In this document: piece after piece, positions 54,010 through 62,857 of the stretch
How the letters are laid out: each line of letters starts with the position of its first letter
Numbering within the stretch: the stretch's first letter is position 1
Assembly (NCBI GenBank): GCA_963727255.1
Contig: CAVSFC010000002.1
Span: 224,001 to 288,000 of the forward strand
Length of the DNA: 64,000 bases
Direction: 5' to 3'
Source: an uncultured bacterium
Lineage (GTDB): Bacteria > Babelota > Babeliae > Babelales > Vermiphilaceae
Notes under the pieces: model-generated
Told to the model about the DNA's origin: nothing
What the model saw: the letters and a program-made list of their open reading frames with translations, nothing else
The model's database searches: none
Position numbers and translations under genes: made by a program

Positions 54010-54774
54010 ATGAATAAAACAGTCCCCGTTCTTATAATTTCATTAGTAATCAGTTTCATTTTAGTTTGGCGCCTGGCAAATCGTTCGCCAATTGAAACAC
54101 GCCGACCAGAAAACATCTTAGTAATTGGTACAAATGCCGAATATGCTCCATTCAGTTTTGTGCAAGGCAAAACAATTACCGGCTTTGATATTGATCTGAT
54201 TGAAGAAGTTGCAAAACGCCTTAATAAAACGGTGCAATTACAAGATATGCCATTCGATGGATTAATTTCTGCCCTGCAGCTGGGAAGTATCCAAGTAATT
54301 GCTGCTGGCATCACCCCAACTCCTGAACGGGCTGAGCGCATTCTATTCACCAAACCCTATCTTACGGGGGATCAATTACTTATTATCAGCCCCGCAGGTG
54401 CTCCAATAAAAAATCTCGATCAATTAAAAGGCAAGAAAGTTGCGGTAAATGAAGGATTTACTGCCGATTATTATATGTCTAAAATCCAAGGGCCTGAACT
54501 GATTAAATTTGCAACCGCAATCGAATCCTTCATGACCCTTGAAAGCGGCCGCGTTGATGCATTAGTCGCGGCTAAAAATACGGTAAAGCCGTTTTTAGAA
54601 CATTATGGGGCTGAAAAATTCTTTATAGTTTCAATTCCTGATACCACCGATGAATATGCGCTGGCCATATCCAAAAAATACCCAGAGCTTTTAGAACCGA
54701 TTCAAAAAGCGATTGATGAGATTACTGCCGATGGCACCTTAGAGAAATTGAAGAAAAAGTGGGGATTAGAATAG
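54010..54774 (+). CDS. Polar amino-acid ABC transporter substrate-binding protein
   Basis: GTNAEYAPF, GFDIDL, FDGLISALQLG, TPERAERILFTKPY. Confidence 0.92.
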   Translation: MNKTVPVLIISLVISFILVWRLANRSPIETRRPENILVIGTNAEYAPFSFVQGKTITGFDIDLIEEVAKRLNKTVQLQDMPFDGLISALQLGSIQVIAAGITPTPERAERILFTKPYLTGDQLLIISPAGAPIKNLDQLKGKKVAVNEGFTADYYMSKIQGPELIKFATAIESFMTLESGRVDALVAAKNTVKPFLEHYGAEKFFIVSIPDTTDEYALAISKKYPELLEPIQKAIDEITADGTLEKLKKKWGLE

Positions 54775-55017
54775 TTTTTGTTCTTCGGCCAAAATCGCTG
54801 CTTTTTTTTCAATGCCACGATTATAGCCACCAAGACACCCATCTGAGCGGATCACGCGATGGCAAGGAATTGCCGGATCATAATTTTTGCTGATAATATT
54901 GCCAACTGCGCGAGCTGCTTTTGGATTACCAGCCAATGCAGCAACCTGTGCATAGCTCATGGTTTTGCCCTTGGGAATTTTTGCAACGATTTCTAATACC
55001 TTTTGAGCGAAATGCAT
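54766..55017 (-). CDS. O6-alkylguanine DNA alkyltransferase, minimal C-terminal domain (MGMT family)
   Basis: IPKGKTMSY..VA, AARAVG, IPCHRVI active-site motif. Confidence 0.88.
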   Translation of the reverse strand: MHFAQKVLEIVAKIPKGKTMSYAQVAALAGNPKAARAVGNIISKNYDPAIPCHRVIRSDGCLGGYNRGIEKKAAILAEEQKLF

Positions 55018-55091
55018 GATAATCCTTTGAATTCTTTGAAAAAAGAGAGAATTTCTTTAGGCTAGTAATTATACAGAAAATAATAATTTTC

Positions 55092-55171
55092 TCCGCTCGT
55101 GGTGAGCCTGTCGAACCATTCGAGCGGCAATATTCATGCTCGCACCCTTCGACAAGCTCAGGGCGAGCGGA
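55092..55171. repeat. Palindromic element upstream of the ABC permease
   Basis: TCCGCTCGTGGTGAGCCTGTCGAACC...CCCTTCGACAAGCTCAGGGCGAGCGGA. Confidence 0.85.
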
Positions 55172-55183
55172 TATTAGGAGTCT

Positions 55184-55843
55184 ATGATCGATTTTACGCT
55201 TATTAAAGAATCGTTGCCTCTTCTTTTGCACGGAGCGCTCGTAAGTATACAAATTGCCGCACTCGGGGCATTAATTGGTATTTTGTTTGGAACTTTGCTC
55301 GGGTTAGCGCAAACCAGCAAGTCTGCCCTTTTGCGCTGGCTCTCAACAATCTATGTTACCATTATTCGTGGCATCCCGATGTTGATTCAAATTCTGGCCG
55401 CATTTTACATTTTACCTCAGTTGGGCATCGTACTCGATGCATTTTGGGTCGCAGTAGTTGCCATTGGATTTAATAGCGCGGCATATGTGAGCCAAATTAT
55501 CAAAGCAGGAATTCGATCAATTGGCAAAGGGCAAATTGAAGCTGGCCGAGTGCTCGGGTTGGGTAATATGCAAATCACGCGTTTTATTATTTTGCCACAA
55601 GCATTTCGCATGGTGATTCCCGCTTTGGGAAATGAGTTTATCACGCTGGTAAAAGATTCAGCGCTCGCTTCAACAATCGGGGTGGTGGAACTCACCAAAG
55701 AAGGAATTTTTATTCGTGGAAGAACATTTGATTCAATTACTGTCTTTTTTGCCGTCGCATGTATGTATCTAATCATAACCACGACGCTTTCAGTAGGTAT
55801 TAACTGGCTTGAAAGAAGGATGAACCAACATGCTCGATATTAA
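55184..55843 (+). CDS. Polar amino-acid ABC transporter permease
   Basis: YVTIIRGIPMLIQ, NSAAYVSQII, GQIEAGRVLGL, ILPQAFR. Confidence 0.93.
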   Translation: MIDFTLIKESLPLLLHGALVSIQIAALGALIGILFGTLLGLAQTSKSALLRWLSTIYVTIIRGIPMLIQILAAFYILPQLGIVLDAFWVAVVAIGFNSAAYVSQIIKAGIRSIGKGQIEAGRVLGLGNMQITRFIILPQAFRMVIPALGNEFITLVKDSALASTIGVVELTKEGIFIRGRTFDSITVFFAVACMYLIITTTLSVGINWLERRMNQHARY

Positions 55844-56543
55844 AAACGTCAGTAAAAGTTTTGGCAATAAAATCATTCTTGATCACGTTTCATTGCAGAT
55901 TGATAAAGGAGAAATTGCAGTGTTGCTCGGCGCTTCGGGCGTAGGCAAATCAACATTATTGCGAGTTCTTAATCATCTTGAAATTCCAGATTCCGGATCA
56001 TTTTATTTAAATGCAAAACCGCTTGATTTAAGTACAGTAAATCAAACACATACGATTGGATTTGTGTTTCAAAATTTCAATTTATTCGATCATTTAACCG
56101 TAGAAGAAAATATCACTCTTGCGCTGGAAAAAGTATCCGGCAAAAGTAAAAACGAAGCCCAGGCTATTGCAAAAAAACTTCTTGAACATTATGGATTAGC
56201 AGATAAAGCACACGTGTACCCAGCAGATTTATCTGGCGGGCAAAAACAACGTTTAGCACTGGCTAGAACTCTCGCTCTTAAGCCCCAAGTGATTTGCTTG
56301 GACGAACCAACTTCAGCGCTCGATCCATTGCTCACCGCCTATGTTGCCACAATTATTCAAGACTTGGCTAAAGAAGGATACATTGTCTTAGTTGCAACGC
56401 ATGATACGAGTTTGCTTGAGCGCTTGCATTGCACAATCTATCTTATGAAAGATGGAAAGATTGTAGAAACAGCTTCATCAAGCGAATTAGCAAAACATCC
56501 AACTTCATATCCTCAGATCAAAAACTTCATCGCAGGGATTTGA
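55830..56543 (+). CDS. Polar amino-acid ABC transporter ATP-binding protein
   Basis: GASGVGKST, FQNFNLFDHL, LSGGQKQR, DEPTSALDP. Confidence 0.93.
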   Translation: MLDIKNVSKSFGNKIILDHVSLQIDKGEIAVLLGASGVGKSTLLRVLNHLEIPDSGSFYLNAKPLDLSTVNQTHTIGFVFQNFNLFDHLTVEENITLALEKVSGKSKNEAQAIAKKLLEHYGLADKAHVYPADLSGGQKQRLALARTLALKPQVICLDEPTSALDPLLTAYVATIIQDLAKEGYIVLVATHDTSLLERLHCTIYLMKDGKIVETASSSELAKHPTSYPQIKNFIAGI

Positions 56544-56568
56544 TGCTGAAAAATAAAGGAATTAAAAA

Positions 56569-57579
56569 ATGAGGGGTCTTTTTTTAATAGCGCTTAGCAT
56601 CTCTTTCTTCGGTTCTCTTCATTGCATGAAACAAGTAAGATTTAAAGAACCTGAAAGTTCTCACAATGAAGCCAAACTATTTCTATCTGGACTGAGATAT
56701 CTTTGGAAAAATAACCCACAAGAGATTAAAGCGTTTTCTTTACTGGTTGCTGTGGAAGCTTTCGCGCTCGCCAATTGGACTTCGCCAACAGCCTCACTTA
56801 TTGTAAATCTACCCATTGGCTATTTTCTCGTACGAAGTTGGGAACAGGAAGGCAAAACACGCCAACAATTTGAACAAATGTGGAAGAATAGAGATCTTGC
56901 AACCATTACAACAGAAAAAGAGGTCTGCCAAGCAATAAAAAAAGGTGGAGATCCTAACGGGCTCTATGATTGCGGGGATCATCAAGTAATATATCTTCCA
57001 CTCAGCAAAGGCCTGGTCGAGATTGCTGCCCTTCTTTCAGCAAAAGGAGCTGATCTTGAAAAAATCGATAATCACAAGCAAACAGTTTTACTCGCGCTGG
57101 TCTCTGAAGCAAAACAATATGCGAGTGAAAGTCCCGGCATCTTCAAGGGGATTGAATGGCTGCTAAAAAATGGTGCTCGCATAAATGAAAAGAATACGTT
57201 CTATGAAACTGCAGTACATATAGCATGCGGCAAAAAGAATCTCGCACTCCTAGAATTATTAGCAAAATACAAGGCATCATTGGAAGAGCAAGACGCACGA
57301 GGTAATACACCGCTGCACATCTGCGCCCAACGTGCTTTTTGTGAAGGAGCAAAATTTTTACTTTCGCGCAATGTGAACATACATCGAGTTAACAACAATT
57401 TTACCCTGCCAATTGATCTTGCAGCGCAAGCTGATTCAGCAGAAATAGTCTATCATCTTGCCATGCATGGAGCCGCAACGCATGTTACTGATTTTACCAC
57501 AGGCGGCCCTGCAACTGGAAAAATAGCAGAACTGTGTAAAAAGTATCAAGAAACTGAAGATTATTCTTCAAGCAATTAA
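56569..57579 (+). CDS. Ankyrin-repeat protein with signal peptide
   Basis: ETAVHIAC, GNTPLHIC, TLPIDLAA. Confidence 0.88.
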   Translation: MRGLFLIALSISFFGSLHCMKQVRFKEPESSHNEAKLFLSGLRYLWKNNPQEIKAFSLLVAVEAFALANWTSPTASLIVNLPIGYFLVRSWEQEGKTRQQFEQMWKNRDLATITTEKEVCQAIKKGGDPNGLYDCGDHQVIYLPLSKGLVEIAALLSAKGADLEKIDNHKQTVLLALVSEAKQYASESPGIFKGIEWLLKNGARINEKNTFYETAVHIACGKKNLALLELLAKYKASLEEQDARGNTPLHICAQRAFCEGAKFLLSRNVNIHRVNNNFTLPIDLAAQADSAEIVYHLAMHGAATHVTDFTTGGPATGKIAELCKKYQETEDYSSSN

Positions 57580-57593
57580 AAGGGAAAAAACAG

Positions 57594-58568
57594 ATGAAAT
57601 ATTTTTCATTCATATTTATTATACTCAGCGCTGCACCACTGACGCATACCATGACAACCTGGCAGACGATCAAAGAATATGCTTCAGACATAAACTACTG
57701 TTATAAAAACCGTAGCTTTTTCCTTACATCAGTTTGTGGTAGCATCGCGGTCGAAACAACAGTTATAACCTTTGCAGTTTCACCAACTGCCTCACTCATT
57801 ATTAATATTCCCCTCTCAGCACTAGCGGTATGGCTTCTTGCTCTCGAAGGAAAAGAGACAAGAGAACGCCATAGAGAAAAAGCCACCCTAGATCTTTGTT
57901 TTTCTCGCACAATTGCAGAAGCCCAAAAAGCTCTGCAGAGTGGAGCAGTAATAAATAGCATCTGCACTTATCGCTTTGATCCAATAAACCTTCACCTACC
58001 AATCTATCACCTACTCCGCCATGGGAATATATCTATAGCAGAATTTCTCAAAAGCAAAGGCGCAAACATTGCGCAACTCGATGTCGGTCGTAGACCATTA
58101 CTTATGGCACTCATTAAAAAAGTAAACCCTGATAAACATGATACACTTGCCAGTATACAATGGCTTCTCGAGAATGGGGCGAATATCGAAGCGCAAGATG
58201 ATTGCGGAGACGCCGCAGTGCACAGAGCTTGCGGCAAAAAGAATCTTGCCGTGCTTAAGCTATTAGCAGAAAATGGAGCTGATCTTACCAAAAGGAGCCA
58301 TAGGGAAGAAACTCCACTTCATCGTTGCGTTAAAAATAATTTTTTGGAAGGCATAGACTTTTTGCTGTCTAAAAAAGTTGATCCAAATTCTAGAAACCGT
58401 CATTCAAAAACACCTCTACATTATGCCATAGAACAACAATCCGCGGGCACTGTATATCGTTTAGTTGAGCACGGAGCACAACTGTCTCAGGAAGATCCCG
58501 AAACTCAAACGATGCAAGAACTCTATCAAAACCATAAAAATAATATCGCATGCGGGTTCAGTAGTTAG
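57594..58568 (+). CDS. Ankyrin-repeat protein, paralog of the upstream gene
   Basis: GDAAVHRAC, ETPLHRC, KTPLHYA; shared SPTASLI.N.P and ACGKKNLA. Confidence 0.88.
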   Translation: MKYFSFIFIILSAAPLTHTMTTWQTIKEYASDINYCYKNRSFFLTSVCGSIAVETTVITFAVSPTASLIINIPLSALAVWLLALEGKETRERHREKATLDLCFSRTIAEAQKALQSGAVINSICTYRFDPINLHLPIYHLLRHGNISIAEFLKSKGANIAQLDVGRRPLLMALIKKVNPDKHDTLASIQWLLENGANIEAQDDCGDAAVHRACGKKNLAVLKLLAENGADLTKRSHREETPLHRCVKNNFLEGIDFLLSKKVDPNSRNRHSKTPLHYAIEQQSAGTVYRLVEHGAQLSQEDPETQTMQELYQNHKNNIACGFSS

Positions 58569-58600
58569 TTTAGTGATTTTCTTAAATAAATAAGGAGAAT

Positions 58601-59790
58601 ATGGTGAAGCATACAATTTATGCTACGCTTTTTCTCATACATTCCTGCACATATAACGCGATGGAATTGCCTGGCAATACTGGCAGTCGGCCAGAAACAA
58701 TAGAACAGATCCTGAAAAAAATGGCAATGCAAGAAAAGCCCAAGAGCGAGCTTGATAGAATAAAAGAGATCATACAAAAAGATGATGTTAAAAAATTCAA
58801 CATTGCCATGAAAAAGAATTATGATCCCAGCAACTTTATAGACCAAAATATGCTGCTCACCTATGCAATATTGCAAAATGCAAACAAAATTACAAAAACA
58901 ATAATTTGCAAATTTGATGCGGATATAACCAAAGAAAACCGGAACTCAAAGTCGCCCCTAACGTGCGCACTGCTGATGGAGAATTATAAGATCGCTCATA
59001 GATTGCTGGATCATGATTTCCAGAAATCTTTTTATCTTAATGGGCTTTTAGTGGCATGCATTGAAAAAGCGAAATATTTAGAATTCAAAATAAATGAAGA
59101 TATAAAGCGCTCAGGAATCATTCATAATAATCCACCCCCTTATTTAACGGAGCAAATTGAATGGCTTCTTGCGCATGGGGCAAGCCCCGATAGTAAAATA
59201 TGGGATACAAATGCGATTCAACAAGTTGCATATGCACACGACCATTCGAATCGTACCGCGCGTATTTTCCAATTATTATGCGCGTATGGGGCTCAAGTAA
59301 ATTGCCTGAATTAAATGATGAAACCCCTCCTATTCATTATGTTTCAACGAGAGCGGAACACGAAAGCCCCAAATGGCAAATATTGAGCCTTGAATATCTT
59401 ATCTCTGCTGGTGCGGACATTAATACCCGTAATAAATTCAATGAAACACCACTCCATCAAGCAGTTGAGCATAATGAATTGCCCAACACTCCACTTCTTC
59501 GTGGCATGGCAGGAACTGGGGCAGATCTTATAGCGTTCCTCTTATACAAAGGAGCAAATCGAGATCAAAAGGACTGGGAAGGAAGAAAGCCGATTGATCT
59601 TGCCACTCGCCCTGAGATAATAGAAATGCTTAAAGCTCCAAGGCCGACTAGTTTACCCGCTAGTATTGCCAAAATCCTGGCGGAATCACCTGTACTTGCA
59701 ATGCCATTTTCTTGTGGCCGATGCGCAAAAATGCGTTCCTCTTGCAAGCGATGTATGAAAAATGGAAAAAGAAAAGAGAAGCTCATATAA
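58601..59790 (+). CDS. Ankyrin-repeat protein with signal peptide; single-base frameshift near 59310
   Basis: Ankyrin repeats continue from 58601..59314 (…GAQVNCLN) into 59200..59790 (LNDETP…ETPLHQA…GRKPIDLA). Confidence 0.75.
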
Positions 59791-59907
59791 TCATATACAG
59801 GTTTAAATTTACAAATAGAAAACATTCCCAAGATTGATTTTTTATGATACCATAAGAGTACTTAAATAAAAATAGGCTAAAAAAAGGCTTATTTGGAGGC
59901 TTTTTAT

Positions 59908-60420
59908 ATGAATTATAAATCTATTGTTTTATCGGCTATCTTGGTCACAGGACTAATCCCTTCTTGCGCCTTTTCAATGGAAAGGCAATCCGTAAAAGCA
60001 GAATGGCTTTCAAAGGCAAAATTATCTGAAATGGCACAACAAGTTACCAGTTCTGAAGCTTATAATTGGGCCGCAGAGCATAAATTCGCTCTTCTTTTGG
60101 GTACTTCAGCACTTATAACTGCAGGAATCGCTGCTTATAAATATTTATGGAAACAGCCAACTAATGAGCAGATTAAAGAAAATATAAGAAAAAATACTCG
60201 CGAAACTATCATAGCACATGCAAGAAATGCTCGACTCGGAGTTAAAGTAACAGCTGCCGGCTTAGCTCAAAGGTCTTCTCCGCCTGCTAGAACTGACTAT
60301 GCGATAACAATAAAAAGTCTTATCAATAAAGAAAATCAAAATCAAACCTGTCTAAAAGCAAACTATTGGTTTGGTTGCGATAATTCCACTGAACTCACAG
60401 AAATTCTTTTTGAGAATTAA
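59908..60420 (+). CDS. Hypothetical secreted protein with internal TM
   Basis: GGAGG RBS, signal peptide AFS|MER. Confidence 0.65.
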   Translation: MNYKSIVLSAILVTGLIPSCAFSMERQSVKAEWLSKAKLSEMAQQVTSSEAYNWAAEHKFALLLGTSALITAGIAAYKYLWKQPTNEQIKENIRKNTRETIIAHARNARLGVKVTAAGLAQRSSPPARTDYAITIKSLINKENQNQTCLKANYWFGCDNSTELTEILFEN

Positions 60421-60463
60421 GCGAACGCTTAAAAAAAGCTCTTAATGGACCATGGAGGTTCTC

Positions 60464-61246
60464 ATGAATATTACTAAGTTTACCTTATTCTTAGCCCTCA
60501 TAGGGGCCAGTGCCCAAGGTATGGCACCAGGCACCGTTATTGATCCTATCCAGCATACGGGTCAATTTACCGTTTCTATGGCAGAAAGCTCCCTTGCATC
60601 AATGCCATCAGGTATGCCTACGATTACTCAGGTGTCTCAAGCAACCGCAGATATATTCAAAACTAAAGGAATCCCAGTAATTATTTCAACGACTGCTGGA
60701 ATGGTTCCTTGGTGGGCATTAACCACCGGAACCGGTTATTTAATTGTGAGCCAATGTGGTATTTCCGATCCAGCGATTTTGGCTACCATAGCAGCCGGCG
60801 CAAGTTATGCCGCAGGCGAACAAACCAGTTCGTTCATGAAAAAATGCATTACAAATCCTTATTTGCAAAGCGCAACCCATTTGGCAATATGCGCTGCATG
60901 CTTAGGCCTTTCATATACCGGAAGCTCATCAATTATTAATGAGGCTTTATTTGCAACTGCCCAAGCGATTGGCTTGCAAACATTAATTGAAACTTCTGCA
61001 AAATTATTTGCACAAAAACAAACTATTGAAAATACTGCTCCATCAAATTCGTGGTTCTCATTATCGCAAGAAACAAAAGATGGCATAAAAGAAGGGACTA
61101 TTAATACGCTGAGCACAATACTCCCTGTGCTTTGTGTACCAAATTTTTGTGACTCGAATGGAATATTACGAATCTTATTATATGAACAAGCATATCGTTT
61201 AGCGCAATGCGGATGCTTTGCCGCACAACAATTTATACAAAAATAG
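60464..61246 (+). CDS. Hypothetical secreted multi-hydrophobic-segment protein
   Basis: GGAGG RBS, signal peptide AQG|MAP. Confidence 0.65.
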   Translation: MNITKFTLFLALIGASAQGMAPGTVIDPIQHTGQFTVSMAESSLASMPSGMPTITQVSQATADIFKTKGIPVIISTTAGMVPWWALTTGTGYLIVSQCGISDPAILATIAAGASYAAGEQTSSFMKKCITNPYLQSATHLAICAACLGLSYTGSSSIINEALFATAQAIGLQTLIETSAKLFAQKQTIENTAPSNSWFSLSQETKDGIKEGTINTLSTILPVLCVPNFCDSNGILRILLYEQAYRLAQCGCFAAQQFIQK

Positions 61247-61316
61247 AAGATTGAACGGCTTAAAAAGCTGTACAATCATGAGAAATTATTTAAAACAAAA
61301 TTGATACCCATTTTTC

Positions 61317-61345
61317 TTGACAACTTTTCTGGTGATTGCTAGGAT
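61317..61345 (+). promoter_or_regulatory. Sigma70-type promoter
   Basis: TTGACA-N17-TAGGAT with an extended -10 TG. Confidence 0.6.
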
Positions 61346-61351
61346 CATGCC

Positions 61352-61507
61352 AAGCATAAAATTTTTCTTAAAAGAAACTATGTCACCCTAAGGAACATCG
61401 CAAGATGCTCCTTTAAGGGGTTTAACAATGTCCCTAATGAACAGTACATCTTCGTATTGTTCACCCCCCTAACCCTTCAGCTGTTTTAGTTGAAGGGTCT
61501 TTATTTT
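61352..61507 (+). ncRNA. Candidate structured small RNA, about 150 nt
   Basis: Upstream promoter, two hairpins (one with a GCAA tetraloop), terminator hairpin, no ORF longer than 14 codons. Confidence 0.45.
61472..61507 (+). terminator. Intrinsic terminator
   Basis: ACCCTTCAGCTG-TTT-TAGTTGAAGGGT followed by CTTTATTTT. Confidence 0.7.
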
Positions 61508-61516
61508 GAACTTATT

Positions 61517-61631
61517 CCGTAACGGTTCTTTTCGATGCTTCGACTTCGCTCAGGATGATCGGGAAAAATGCGGGTCGAGAAATGGTAAAGACTCCTCAAC
61601 TCGGCCTTCGGCCTCCTTCGAAGCGAACGGG
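61517..61631. repeat. Degenerate palindromic element cluster
   Basis: CTTCGACTTCGCTCAGGATGA and TCGGCCTTCGGCC...TCGAAGCGAACGGG, related to the 13250 and 48531 copies. Confidence 0.55.
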
Positions 61632-61643
61632 TTAGTCTTTATT

Positions 61644-62207
61644 TTATACATGATACAAATTGAATGTCGCATGAAGAGAAAATGTTCCACTATCAACACG
61701 AACCATTTCACCTTGAGATATATCAATTATCTGTTTTGAATTTTTCATTGCATCAAAAAAAGCAATCATCTGGTCCAATGAGCCCTTAAAATCAGCGCGG
61801 ATGCTCGTCACACAAAGCCCCGCCTCATCCCGCTCCCCGCATAATTTGCACGATCCTACACTCATACCGCAATTCAGCGCACAATCAGCAATCAATGAAA
61901 GGCTCTGCTGCTCATTGCGTTTGCGTATTTTTGTTTCGGAATTGGTTTCACCATTTTGTTTAAGTGCATCGATTGATTGAGCAAGCCCCGCTAAAGTTCT
62001 TTCAGATTTTCGTAGTTCCGCAACCTGCACATTCATTAGTTGCAGTTGTTGCTGCGTTGCATCAGCAGCAATTGAAGCTGGTTGAAACAAAAAGTACCAC
62101 CAAAGCCCTATGCAAAGAATAATACATACCAATGTGGCGCAATATAAGTATAAAACACGAATTTTTAATAACGAGTGATAAAATCCATATGCGCTGAGGA
62201 ATGGCAT
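61644..62207 (-). CDS. PilO/GspM-like inner-membrane assembly protein
   Basis: N-terminal TM (GLWWYFLFQP), coiled coil, ferredoxin-like C-terminus (FKGSLDQMIAFF). Confidence 0.6.
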   Translation of the reverse strand: MPFLSAYGFYHSLLKIRVLYLYCATLVCIILCIGLWWYFLFQPASIAADATQQQLQLMNVQVAELRKSERTLAGLAQSIDALKQNGETNSETKIRKRNEQQSLSLIADCALNCGMSVGSCKLCGERDEAGLCVTSIRADFKGSLDQMIAFFDAMKNSKQIIDISQGEMVRVDSGTFSLHATFNLYHV

Positions 62208-62315
62208 TTGCGAGACTCCTTTTCAAAAAAATCATTTTTATTAGTTTGCTGAAACTTATTTTTTTCAGCAATATTAAGTTTGTAAATGCATAAAAGCCAT
62301 TAAGGAGAATATGAA

Positions 62316-62843
62316 ATGAAATATCTTTTTTTATCATTCTCTCTATTTTCTATAGGTTTGCCCATTCATGCCATGGAACAGGCTCATTCTGCTGAGCAAA
62401 AATTAAAAAAAATGAGTAAATATGAATCACTTCGAATTCCGATAAATAGGAATAATGAAAAAACACGCAAATGGGCCTATTTGTGTCAAATATGTTCATT
62501 GCAAGTAATGGATATTGTCAGGCATATGCGAATTCATACCGATGAACGCCCTTATACATGCTCAAGCTGTCAGCGTAAATTTTTCGAATCAGCTCATTGT
62601 TCCAGTCACATAAATAAAATGCATTTACGAGATACAAGGGCGCAAATTATTGTCTGCCTTACCGATAAAACTCCCTATATGCTCAGATCTAAGAGTCTCC
62701 GCAAAAAACAGAATTTGAAGCACACCCATCAAGAAAGCAGTTCTGGTATATTCACTTATGCTGATGAAAAGTCTGTTTCAATTATCAATGAAAGTTACGA
62801 TTTAGAAACAGTCTTGAGTTCAGAGTTTCCGCTTCCGGAATAA
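62316..62843 (+). CDS. Secreted C2H2 zinc-finger protein (eukaryote-like)
   Basis: YLCQIC...RHMRIH-TDERPY-TCSSCQRKF...SSHINKMH. Confidence 0.85.
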   Translation: MKYLFLSFSLFSIGLPIHAMEQAHSAEQKLKKMSKYESLRIPINRNNEKTRKWAYLCQICSLQVMDIVRHMRIHTDERPYTCSSCQRKFFESAHCSSHINKMHLRDTRAQIIVCLTDKTPYMLRSKSLRKKQNLKHTHQESSSGIFTYADEKSVSIINESYDLETVLSSEFPLPE

Positions 62844-62857
62844 ATTTCTATAGAATC

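Noticed and set aside
62062..62337. 91-aa minus-strand ORF upstream of the PilO-like gene
   Set aside because: Overlaps two better-supported genes and spans AT-rich intergenic DNA; no recognisable motif
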